In this document: one piece after another, positions 27,688-35,785 of the stretch
Layout: each line of letters opens with the position of its first letter
Position numbering within the stretch: position 1 is the stretch's first letter
Position numbers and translations under genes: made by a program
Notes under the pieces: generated by a model
The model's database searches: none
What the model was told of the DNA's origin: nothing
Seen by the model: the letters and a program-made list of their open reading frames with translations, nothing else
Origin: an uncultured Ignavibacteriales bacterium
GTDB taxonomy: Bacteria; Zixibacteria; MSB-5A5; GN15; JAAZOE01
DNA length: 35,785 bases
Reading direction: 5' to 3'
NCBI GenBank assembly: GCA_964611355.1
Contig: CAZSYD010000023.1
Location: 1-35,785 of the forward strand

Positions 27688-29100
27688 GTGAGTCCCCTTA
27701 TAGTTATTATCATTGTTGCGGTGGTTGTTATCGCCGCGATTATTGTGGTTGTATTAAAGAATTACCGCAAGGTCGGCCCGAATGAGGCTTTGATTATCTC
27801 CGGTGGAAGGAAGCGTTCCATCACCATGTCGGATGGGACGGTCCGAGAGGTAGGATACCGGTATCGCATAGGCGGCGGAACGTTCGTGCGACCGTTTATC
27901 GAACAGGCCCAGACCCTTCCTCTGGAGATTATCCCGATGGATATACAGGTTGCCGACGCCATTTCGACTAACGGGATCCGCTGCACCGTCCGGGGGACGG
28001 CGGAAATAAAGATTGCCGGCGACGAGGCGTCGATCCATCTGGCCGCAGAGCAGTTTCTGGGCAAGCCGTTGAACGATATACGCGACGTAGCGCTGCGCAC
28101 GCTGGAAGGTTCCACGCGGGCCCTGATCGGGACCATGAATCTCGAATCACTGAACAAGAACCGCAAGGATTTCTCTGGAAAGGTGTTTAACGATGTCAGC
28201 ACCTACTTTGCCAATATGGGCTTGAAGCTTCTCTCCTTTAATCTGAAGGAAATCACCGACCCCTCAGGGTATCTGGAAGCGCTGGGCAAGCCGCGTATCG
28301 TCGAAGCGCGACGCGACGCGGAAGTTGCTGAGGCGGAAGCCGCCCGTGACGCCATCATCAAGTCAGCCGACGCGAAAAAAGAAGGGGATGTGGCAAAGAT
28401 TTCAGCCGATACAAAGGTCGCCGAAGCCAACCAGCAATTCGAACTCAAAAAAGCCGAATTGGAGGTGGATCTAAACCGCAAAAAAGCAGGCGCCGATTTC
28501 TCCTACGAATTGGAGCGGCACAAACTCAATCAGAACCTCAAAACCGAAGAAGGCAAAGTCAAGCTGATCGAGAAAGAGTCCGCCATCGAATTGGAGAAAA
28601 GGGAAATCAAACGGGTCGAGCAGGAATTGGAATCCAGGGTGCGCAAACCCGCCGAAGCGGAGCAATACCGGCTTGAGGCTGAAGCCAAAGGTATGGCCGA
28701 AGCCAAGCGTATCCAGGGAATCATCGAAGCCGAACTGGTTGAAAAGATCGGGCGCGCCGAAGCCGAAGCCCTGCGCCGGAAAACCGAGTCATGGAACGCC
28801 TGTTCCCAGCCGGCTCTGTTGCAGATGATGTTCGAGAAACTTCCGGATCTCGCTCGCGAGATGGCTGCTCCAATCTCCAAAATCGATAAAATCGTAATGC
28901 TCTCCAGCGATGGAACCACGGGAACATCGAAAATAACCGGTGAACTGGCGACCATGATGGCGCAATTGCCCACCGTCGTGAAATCGCTTTCCGGTTTTGA
29001 TCTCGAGGAATGGGTCAAGAAAATGGCGGAGAAAACCACAAAAAGCAATCCCGAAACTCCGCAACCCGCCTCCCCGGCAAGCGGTCCGGACAAGGAATAA
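27688..29100 (+). CDS. Flotillin (SPFH/Band 7) family protein
   Basis: GTG start after AAGGAG; N-terminal TM, PNEALIISG, GYLEALG, EA-rich coiled coil. Confidence 0.9.
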   Translation: MSPLIVIIIVAVVVIAAIIVVVLKNYRKVGPNEALIISGGRKRSITMSDGTVREVGYRYRIGGGTFVRPFIEQAQTLPLEIIPMDIQVADAISTNGIRCTVRGTAEIKIAGDEASIHLAAEQFLGKPLNDIRDVALRTLEGSTRALIGTMNLESLNKNRKDFSGKVFNDVSTYFANMGLKLLSFNLKEITDPSGYLEALGKPRIVEARRDAEVAEAEAARDAIIKSADAKKEGDVAKISADTKVAEANQQFELKKAELEVDLNRKKAGADFSYELERHKLNQNLKTEEGKVKLIEKESAIELEKREIKRVEQELESRVRKPAEAEQYRLEAEAKGMAEAKRIQGIIEAELVEKIGRAEAEALRRKTESWNACSQPALLQMMFEKLPDLAREMAAPISKIDKIVMLSSDGTTGTSKITGELATMMAQLPTVVKSLSGFDLEEWVKKMAEKTTKSNPETPQPASPASGPDKE

Positions 29101-29103
29101 ACG

Positions 29104-31449
29104 ATGATTTCCAACAGGATCGGCCGCCTGGAGCTTTCCCCTACCCTGCGCATCAACGCCAAAGCCACGGCAATGAAAGCCGAGGGTATTAATGTTATAG
29201 ATTTTTCCGTGGGCGAACCGGATTTCCCCACCCCGGCAGATATCAAGGAAGCCGGGAAAAAGGCCATCGACGATAACTTCACCAAGTACACCGCCAACGA
29301 CGGTATCCCCGAACTCAAAGAGGCGATTCGCGCCAGATTTCACGAAGATCACGGCCTGGAGTATCGGCCGCAGGAAATTATTGTTTCCTCGGGGGCCAAG
29401 CAATGTTTGTATAATCTTTGCGTCTCCGTCCTCAACCGCGACGAAGAAGTCATCATCCCGGCGCCGTACTGGGTTTCTTATCCGCAACAGGTTCTGATGG
29501 TCAAGGCCAATCCGAGAATCGTGCCGACCCGCGAGGAAAACGGTTTTCGCCTTACTCCGGAGGAATTGAAAGCAAACCTCAATTTCAATACCAAGGCCAT
29601 CATTATCAACAACCCGGGCAATCCGACCGGTTCAGCGTACACCCGCGAACAGCTGCTCGAAATCTGCGAGATTGCCGTGTCGGAGGGGTTGCTGATTATA
29701 GCCGACGAGATTTATGAAAAGGTCATTTACGACGACTACCGGTTTTGCTCCGTGGCGTCGCTCAGCGAAAAAATCAAGGAAAAGACGGTCATTATCCATG
29801 GCGTTTCGAAATCGTATTCAATGACAGGCTGGCGTATCGGATATGCCGCTGGCCCGCGCGATATCATCGCCGCCATGAGTATTGTGCAGTCGCATACCAC
29901 ATCCAACGCCAATTCGATTGCCCAGAAAGCCGCGGCTGAAGCGCTTTCGGGCCACCAGTCGGAAATCAACCGGATGGTCGCCGAGTTCCGAACGCGCCGC
30001 AATTATATGTTTAATAAACTCAAACGCATTCCGGGTATTTCCTGCTATGAACCTCAGGGAGCTTTCTACCTCTTTCCAAATATTTCAACCTATTACAACA
30101 CGGAATACGGCGGTTTGAAGATACGCAACTCTTACGGTCTGGCATATTACCTGCTCAAAGAAGCGGCCGTGGCCGTGGTTCCGGGCAGCGCCTTCGGGTC
30201 CGATGACAATATCCGTCTTTCGTACGCCACTTCCATGGAAAAAATCGAGGAAGGCACCGATCGTATTATCGAGGCCATGGCAAAACTGACTGAATCGCCC
30301 AAATACAGACGGGTCGCCCTGCAGAACGTAATGACCAATCCGCGCGGCATGACCAAAGCCGAGACCGAAATCACAGTCGCCGAACGCGACGCCCTTGTTC
30401 AGGAAGCGGAAGCGGCTCTCCCCTATGATCGCTATTTCGAATGGAATGCAAATATCAACGGAATTGTCATCCAACTGCGCACCAACGTTCCGCACCTGTA
30501 TGACTTCTGGGTTGAAAACTGGTATCCCGCCCAACTCGAATCCGACCTTGAGCCGCACGGCATAATCTATGCCGTCGACGGTGTACCGGGCCGGACACCG
30601 TATGGATATTTTAACCCGGATATGAAAACCGCTATTCTCTTTAACACGACCTACTATGGACAGGTCAGAAGCTGGGCTTTGGCTATGGTGGCTCTCGCCA
30701 GCGAGCGGCTTTTGGACATCCACGGCGTTCGGGCGGCATGTTTGGATTATAACGGCCGCGCTCTGGCCCTTATCGGCCCCAAGGGCATGAAGCGCGGTTC
30801 GACTTTTATGCGGCTTTTGGAAGACGACCAGGCCAATTTCCTGACCAATGACTGGATATTCGTCCGGTATCGGGGCGACGAAGCTATCGCCGACGCACCG
30901 GAGCGGAAGTTTTACGTGAAGACTTCAATTGTCAAAACCTTCCCGCGCTACGCGCGCATCTTCGACCGCAGCAAGTGCGAAAACGTGGCCACTACCCGGG
31001 CTGACTGGACGAACATGAAAGAACTGGGCGACGAGTGCCCGCTTGATCTTGGCGAACCGTATTGCTATTGGGGATCGGAAGATTCGCGAGCAATGGTCGA
31101 TCCGGCCTGGATCCACGGCCCCCACAGGTATGTCAAACGGTCCCGGCTGGATGCCGTTGCGCTGCTGTGCTGGGAACCAAACACGCCGGCGGTAGAAAAA
31201 CTCTCCGCGGAAAATGCACTAAACTTCATTACCGAAGGCAAATACCGTCTGCCCAGCGATGCCGGCATGACGCCGTATAAAACGCAGCCGTTTTTCAATC
31301 CGTATCTTTTGGCTTCGTCGGCAGACCAGGAAGATTTGCAACGCCGCAATTTTCATCAGCTTTTCCGCGTGACCACGGCGTACAAAGTGAATATTGCGGC
31401 AATTCCGGCGGAAGCGCTCAAATCGCGAATTCGGGAACTGATAGGGTAG
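29104..31449 (+). CDS. Aspartate aminotransferase (class I/II, PLP) fused to a C-terminal degenerate PEPCK/HPrK-like domain
   Basis: aa 1-~395: GEPDF, NPGNPTG, DEIY, SKSYSMTGWRIGY, IRLSYA. aa ~400-781: YYGQVRS, GPKGMKRGST, TND, ERKFYVKT, CENV, SRA. Confidence 0.85.
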   Translation: MISNRIGRLELSPTLRINAKATAMKAEGINVIDFSVGEPDFPTPADIKEAGKKAIDDNFTKYTANDGIPELKEAIRARFHEDHGLEYRPQEIIVSSGAKQCLYNLCVSVLNRDEEVIIPAPYWVSYPQQVLMVKANPRIVPTREENGFRLTPEELKANLNFNTKAIIINNPGNPTGSAYTREQLLEICEIAVSEGLLIIADEIYEKVIYDDYRFCSVASLSEKIKEKTVIIHGVSKSYSMTGWRIGYAAGPRDIIAAMSIVQSHTTSNANSIAQKAAAEALSGHQSEINRMVAEFRTRRNYMFNKLKRIPGISCYEPQGAFYLFPNISTYYNTEYGGLKIRNSYGLAYYLLKEAAVAVVPGSAFGSDDNIRLSYATSMEKIEEGTDRIIEAMAKLTESPKYRRVALQNVMTNPRGMTKAETEITVAERDALVQEAEAALPYDRYFEWNANINGIVIQLRTNVPHLYDFWVENWYPAQLESDLEPHGIIYAVDGVPGRTPYGYFNPDMKTAILFNTTYYGQVRSWALAMVALASERLLDIHGVRAACLDYNGRALALIGPKGMKRGSTFMRLLEDDQANFLTNDWIFVRYRGDEAIADAPERKFYVKTSIVKTFPRYARIFDRSKCENVATTRADWTNMKELGDECPLDLGEPYCYWGSEDSRAMVDPAWIHGPHRYVKRSRLDAVALLCWEPNTPAVEKLSAENALNFITEGKYRLPSDAGMTPYKTQPFFNPYLLASSADQEDLQRRNFHQLFRVTTAYKVNIAAIPAEALKSRIRELIG

Positions 31450-31459
31450 GAGTTTCAGT

Positions 31460-31888
31460 ATGGCCAATACATTAGGCATTGTTAAACCGGACGGCGTGCG
31501 CCGAAAACTGGTCGGCAGGATTACCAGCAAAATTGAAAACGCCGGTTTGATCCTCCGTGGAATGAAGGTTCTGCGGCTAACGAGAGAAAAAGCCGAACAA
31601 TTTTACGCGATTCACGAGGACAAACCATTTTTCAAACCCCTTGTGGAATTCATGAGTTCCGGACCGATTGTGGTCATGGTTATCGGCGGTCACGGTTCAA
31701 TCGAGCGCTGGCGCGAGGTAATGGGCGCGACCGACCCCGCGCAGGCGAAATACAACACCATCCGACGTGAGTTCGGGACCTCCATCGAGAAAAATGTGGT
31801 GCACGGGTCGGATAGTCCGGAAACTGCCCGAACCGAAGTTGCTTTCTTCTTCCGCGAAGATGAAATCCTGCCCAAGGAAATGACTTAA
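31460..31888 (+). CDS. ndk: Nucleoside-diphosphate kinase
   Basis: IVKPDGV, GATDP, NVVHGSDS. Confidence 0.96.
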   Translation: MANTLGIVKPDGVRRKLVGRITSKIENAGLILRGMKVLRLTREKAEQFYAIHEDKPFFKPLVEFMSSGPIVVMVIGGHGSIERWREVMGATDPAQAKYNTIRREFGTSIEKNVVHGSDSPETARTEVAFFFREDEILPKEMT

Positions 31889-31889
31889 A

Positions 31890-33743
31890 ATGCCTGATTC
31901 ACTTTACGATACTCAACTATATGCCCGGTTTTATCGGGATTTGCAACGTCGTCTGAATGGTCCCAATATAAAAGACGAGAAACTCAAAGACCTGCGCGAG
32001 CCGTCAATCAGGACCGGCACGCAAACCCGGTACGGTTCCTGGGGATGGCGCTCGACGGTCTCCAGCCGCATCGCTGAAAAAACCGTGAATATCGGCTCCG
32101 ACAAAGTCCGCGAATTCCATCTGCCCGAAACCAAAAGGAAAATAATCGCCAATGTTTCGGATGAATTGGATAAGGTTCTGCACCTGATGGAGACGATGCC
32201 CTTTGTTCTCCTGCGGCGTCAGATGGGAAACAACCAGGAATATAATCCCAAGTGCAATCTATATATATCGGTAGCCGATCTGAAAAACTATCGTCTGGCC
32301 TACATGTGGGGCCATACCATGGGGCCGGTGACCAATGCCCCCGGGCCGGAGTTCACCCTGATTCACATTCCCGAAGAGCACCATATCCGGCAGCAGGCTC
32401 TGGTTATGCCCGATCACAATGTGACCATGGTGCTCGGTTCGGATTACATGGGCGAAGATAAGAAGGGCTTTTTGCGCAACGGGATGTACGCCGCCGATGC
32501 CGGCGGAATGCTGGGTTTGCATGCGGGAACCAAAGTCGTCATCATTCGTGATCCGAAGACGAATAAACTGAAAAAGTACGGTGTGTTCCTGTTCGGATTA
32601 TCGGCCACCGGCAAGAGCACCTGGTCGTGCCACCAGCTTGGTCTGGACTGGTCAAAAGGGGAACGCACGCTGGTGTGCCAGGACGATATCTGCTTTCTTA
32701 AAAATGACGGCTCGGCATACGGTTCCGAGTACAACTATTTTGTCAAAACGGACGTGGATAAAAAACTGCAGGAGGCGATGTACAACGCGCTTGTGCATAA
32801 AAGCGCGCTATATGAAAACGTAATGGTCAACGCCGACGGCGAACCGGATTTCCTTGACGAAAATCTCTGCGGCAATGGCCGCGCCGTCATTATGAAAAAG
32901 CATTTGAAAATCAGGCACGGTCGTGGACCGTTTTCCATGAAAAGCATCTGGTACCCGTCGATCAACCTGCCGCCGCTGGACGAACTGGATGGGATCGTCT
33001 TCGCCTTCATCACCCGCCGCAACACTATCATGACCTTCGGCCAGCGATTGACCCCGATCCAGGCGGCCCTGGCGTATCTCTGGGGCGAATCGAGCCATAG
33101 CTATGCCTCCAACCCGGCCAAGGCCGGCGAATCCGTGCGCATCGTCGGCACCGATCCTTTTATCGTCGGTTCCCGCGCCCACAAAGTAAACCTTTTTTAC
33201 AAAATCATCATGGACCTTTCGGATAACTATCCCGGCAAGGTGTTTTTCTATCAATACAATACCGGCGGCATGGGCGAGATTATTGAAAAAAACGAAAAGG
33301 CGGGCACTAAAAAGGTTATTCGCAAGACGGAGCGGGTCCCGATCGATACAATGGCAACCATCCAGCGCGGTGATCTGCGCGGCACCAACCGGTATCGTAC
33401 GAGTCTTCTCGGCACCGAAGAAATCGTTTCCAGTCAGGGTACCGATTTGAGTCCCTACGTCCCGGAAAAATACTATTCCCGCGATCAAATCGATACCTAC
33501 CTGCGCGATCTCGTTAATGGTCGGCGCAAGTTTACCGAAGAGGTCGCCGAAGAAGGGTTAATGCCGGAAATAATCCGCGCTGCGGAAGAATCGTTCAAGA
33601 TCTCGCCTGAGAAAGAAACCAAAGTTTATATGCCGGTTAATAAGAGCGAACCTCCTCCGCCAAAGCAGAAACCGACCATCAAACTGACGGACTGGAAACC
33701 CAATCCACGTTTGGTGCGCGACCGCGGCTGGCGATACGGTTGA
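31890..33743 (+). CDS. Divergent phosphoenolpyruvate carboxykinase (ATP-type fold)
   Basis: YMGEDKK, LHAG, GLSATGKST (Walker A), QDD, FVKT, YENV, NGR, YNTG, in the same order as the PckA motifs. Confidence 0.82.
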   Translation: MPDSLYDTQLYARFYRDLQRRLNGPNIKDEKLKDLREPSIRTGTQTRYGSWGWRSTVSSRIAEKTVNIGSDKVREFHLPETKRKIIANVSDELDKVLHLMETMPFVLLRRQMGNNQEYNPKCNLYISVADLKNYRLAYMWGHTMGPVTNAPGPEFTLIHIPEEHHIRQQALVMPDHNVTMVLGSDYMGEDKKGFLRNGMYAADAGGMLGLHAGTKVVIIRDPKTNKLKKYGVFLFGLSATGKSTWSCHQLGLDWSKGERTLVCQDDICFLKNDGSAYGSEYNYFVKTDVDKKLQEAMYNALVHKSALYENVMVNADGEPDFLDENLCGNGRAVIMKKHLKIRHGRGPFSMKSIWYPSINLPPLDELDGIVFAFITRRNTIMTFGQRLTPIQAALAYLWGESSHSYASNPAKAGESVRIVGTDPFIVGSRAHKVNLFYKIIMDLSDNYPGKVFFYQYNTGGMGEIIEKNEKAGTKKVIRKTERVPIDTMATIQRGDLRGTNRYRTSLLGTEEIVSSQGTDLSPYVPEKYYSRDQIDTYLRDLVNGRRKFTEEVAEEGLMPEIIRAAEESFKISPEKETKVYMPVNKSEPPPPKQKPTIKLTDWKPNPRLVRDRGWRYG

Positions 33744-33833
33744 TAATCAATTTTGTCAAATTAACACTTTGAACCTATGCACCGCGGAATCGTACAATGG
33801 AGCAGTTGATAAGAAAAAGGAGATAGCGGCAAA

Positions 33834-34145
33834 ATGCCCACTTACCAGTATATATGTCCTTATTGCAACCATAAATTCGAAGTATTCCAGAGCATAGTCG
33901 AGGAACCTGTTTCCGAATGCCCCCGGTGCGGCCGCAAACCGCACCGTATTATCACCGGAGGTGTCGGATTCCTGCTGAAAGGTTCCGGGTTCTACGCCAC
34001 CGACCACCGCTCCGAATCCTACAAGCAGGCCGCCCGCAAAGAATCGGAAGTTTCCGGCGGCAGTTCGGACACTAAAAAAGGGCCAAAATCGACCGCCGAT
34101 TCAACGGCCGGGAAACCCGCCAAAACGGAATCAATAAACCATTGA
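33834..34145 (+). CDS. FmdB-family zinc ribbon protein
   Basis: MPTYQYICPYC...CPRC...LKGSGFYATD; SD AAGGAG. Confidence 0.9.
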   Translation: MPTYQYICPYCNHKFEVFQSIVEEPVSECPRCGRKPHRIITGGVGFLLKGSGFYATDHRSESYKQAARKESEVSGGSSDTKKGPKSTADSTAGKPAKTESINH

Positions 34146-34292
34146 AGTGTTTCTTACCCCGGAACAGGCAAAGAAGAAAGGGAAACCTCAGAAGGCGTCC
34201 CGTTCGATCTGGCGACGCTTGAATTTATGAAAAGGCTCAAGAACCGGCTCGACGCCCGGGGAATTTTTAACCCGGACAAGCTGTTTACTTGA
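34146..34292 (+). pseudogene. Relic of an FAD-linked oxidase (GlcD/D-lactate dehydrogenase) C-terminus
   Basis: Translates as SVSYPGTGKEER...ATLEFMKRLKNRLDARGIFNPDKLFT*, resembling the family end EHGIG..KR...M..IK...DP.GI.NPGK.F. Confidence 0.6.
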
Positions 34293-34330
34293 ATGCTTCC
34301 GATTTCCTCCGATTATTTCCGCCTGAAATA

Positions 34331-34361
34331 TTGACAAATGAGACCAAATCGTTTTTATTAA
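34331..34361 (+). promoter_or_regulatory. Putative sigma70 promoter of citrate synthase
   Basis: TTGACA at 34331 with an AT-rich -10 region (TTTATTAA) 17-19 nt downstream. Confidence 0.5.
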
Positions 34362-34368
34362 ATGTCTA

Positions 34369-34386
34369 ATGTGAATAATTTCACAA
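34369..34386. promoter_or_regulatory. Rex-type operator (also fits the CRP core)
   Basis: ATGTGAA-TAAT-TTCACAA against Rex TTGTGAA-W4-TTCACAA, one mismatch. Confidence 0.7.
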
Positions 34387-34469
34387 AACCGGATTGGCGG
34401 ATACGTGACAAATCAAATAAAAACAAATAGTAAACTCCAAAAAACCAAATCGCCTTTTGGGAGGTTCTT

Positions 34470-35747
34470 ATGTCAAAACTAAAGGATAAATTGGCCGGTC
34501 TTATACCCGCAATGCGGGACGACATCCGGTCATTTATCAAAGAACACGGTAGCAAGGAAGTTTCCAAGGTCACGTTAAAGCAGGTTTACGGCGGCATGAG
34601 GGGTGTCAGGGCTATGGTCTGCGACACTTCCGTTGTCCCTCCGGACAAAGGCCTGATTATCCGCGGCATACCGCTGAAAGAATTATTCGAAAAGATGCCC
34701 GAAGAGATTTTCTGGCTGCTCTGCACCGGCGAACTCCCCAGCTCCGACGAACTGAAAGACCTGCAGGACGAATACCGCAAAAACGGCGGCATCCCCGACT
34801 ATGTCTGGAAGGTGCTCGAAGCGATGCCGAAAGATGCGCATCCGATGTGCATGCTCGATACCGGTATCCTGGCCATGGAGGGCGAATCCAAATTCCGCGC
34901 CAGTTATACCAAAGGAGCACGCAAGGAGGAATATTGGGAATCAACTCTTGAAGACTGTATCCGCATTCTGGCTATCCTGCCGGAGCTGGCCGCCGGTATC
35001 TATCGCATGCGTTACAACAAAGGCCCGCGGATTGCTCCCGATCCCAGCCTCGACTGGGGCGCCGGTTACGTTCATATGCTCGGCGTTGACGATCCCGACG
35101 GTACTTTTGCCAAGTTGATGCGCCTTTACCTGACCCTGCACAGCGACCATGAGGGCGGCAACGTTTCGGCTCATACCTGTCACTGCGTCGGTTCGGCTCT
35201 GTCGGATCCTTTCTACGCCATCTCAGCCGGTCTCAATGGCCTCGCAGGCCCTCTGCACGGTCTGGCCAACCAGGAATGCCTGAAATGGGTTCTTGAGGTC
35301 ATGGACAAGTTCGGCGGCGTGCCGACCGAGAAGGAACTCGAGAAGTTTGCCTGGGATACTCTCAATTCCGGTAAGGTAATCCCCGGTTACGGTCATGCCG
35401 TCCTGCGCATCACCGATCCGAGATACGATGCCTTCCACGCCTTCGGCGCCAAGTACTGCGCCGACGACCCGGTCTATCAGACTGTCGCCCTGGTGTTCAA
35501 GGTGGTTCCCGGCGTTCTCAAGCAGGTAAAGAAGATCGCCGATCCGTGGCCGAACGTTGACGCCGGTTCCGGTTCGTTGCTTTACAAGTTTGGCTTGACC
35601 GAATTCGAATACTACACGGTTTTATTCTCGGTGTCGCGTACTATGGGCATGGCTTCACAGTTGATCGTCTCCCGCGCTTGGGGCGAACCGATCGAGCGTC
35701 CGAAATCAAGCACAACAAAATGGCTTAAAGATCAGATTGGCGCCTGA
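34470..35747 (+). CDS. gltA: Citrate (Si)-synthase, eukaryote-type
   Basis: YGGMRG, HSDHEGGNVSAH, GLAGPLHGLANQE, PGYGHAVLR, WPNVDA, PIERPKS. Confidence 0.95.
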   Translation: MSKLKDKLAGLIPAMRDDIRSFIKEHGSKEVSKVTLKQVYGGMRGVRAMVCDTSVVPPDKGLIIRGIPLKELFEKMPEEIFWLLCTGELPSSDELKDLQDEYRKNGGIPDYVWKVLEAMPKDAHPMCMLDTGILAMEGESKFRASYTKGARKEEYWESTLEDCIRILAILPELAAGIYRMRYNKGPRIAPDPSLDWGAGYVHMLGVDDPDGTFAKLMRLYLTLHSDHEGGNVSAHTCHCVGSALSDPFYAISAGLNGLAGPLHGLANQECLKWVLEVMDKFGGVPTEKELEKFAWDTLNSGKVIPGYGHAVLRITDPRYDAFHAFGAKYCADDPVYQTVALVFKVVPGVLKQVKKIADPWPNVDAGSGSLLYKFGLTEFEYYTVLFSVSRTMGMASQLIVSRAWGEPIERPKSSTTKWLKDQIGA

Positions 35748-35785
35748 TACTCGACTGCCATAAATTCAAACCAAAAACGGTCGCT

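Noticed and set aside
26445..33488. Long antisense ORFs (e.g. 26445..27152, 28530..29318, 28789..29487, 32808..33488)
   Set aside because: They lie opposite well-supported genes and show no motifs; typical codon-bias shadows.
33740..33759. TTGATAATCAATTTTGTCAA as a Fur or FNR box
   Set aside because: It overlaps the PEPCK stop codon, the FNR spacing is wrong and the Fur match is partial.
1..35785. CRISPR array, rRNA, full tRNA, IS element or defence system
   Set aside because: I saw no regularly spaced repeats, cloverleaf, transposase or defence-gene motifs.

Overview
Core chromosomal window (about 50% GC) from a diderm bacterium. The secreted proteins with PNPFN...WDG...KMxLLK tails, the eukaryote-type citrate synthase and the LPS genes suggest the FCB group, possibly Zixibacteria-like (inference). 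In order it carries: a partial otsA missed by the ORF track; a THUMP-less ThiI-like PP-loop thiolase; two tandem secreted cohesin-like/FlgD-CTD paralogues; an OPT transporter; a GT-C+TPR protein; a long minus-strand run (MBL hydrolase, PHP phosphatase, mpg, gdh, M50 protease, lipoprotein, msbA-like, four glycosyltransferases, relA/spoT, comF, xerD, GGDEF); and a plus-strand run (frameshifted prfB, pta, flotillin, aminotransferase fusion, ndk, divergent PEPCK, FmdB zinc ribbon, citrate synthase). I saw no CRISPR array, rRNA, complete tRNA or intact mobile element. The most notable observations are: (1) an unannotated ~100-nt structured sRNA candidate at 2318-2419(-), with a sigma54-type promoter, two upstream palindromes and its own terminator; (2) an aspartate aminotransferase fused to a catalytically degenerate PEPCK-like domain, followed closely by ndk and an intact divergent PEPCK; (3) a GGA-dense CsrB-like tract at 4890-4995(-); (4) an FAD-oxidase C-terminal relic in frame behind the TGA of the FmdB gene; (5) a near-perfect Rex/CRP-type box upstream of citrate synthase. 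All calls come from reading motifs by eye; no database search was run.
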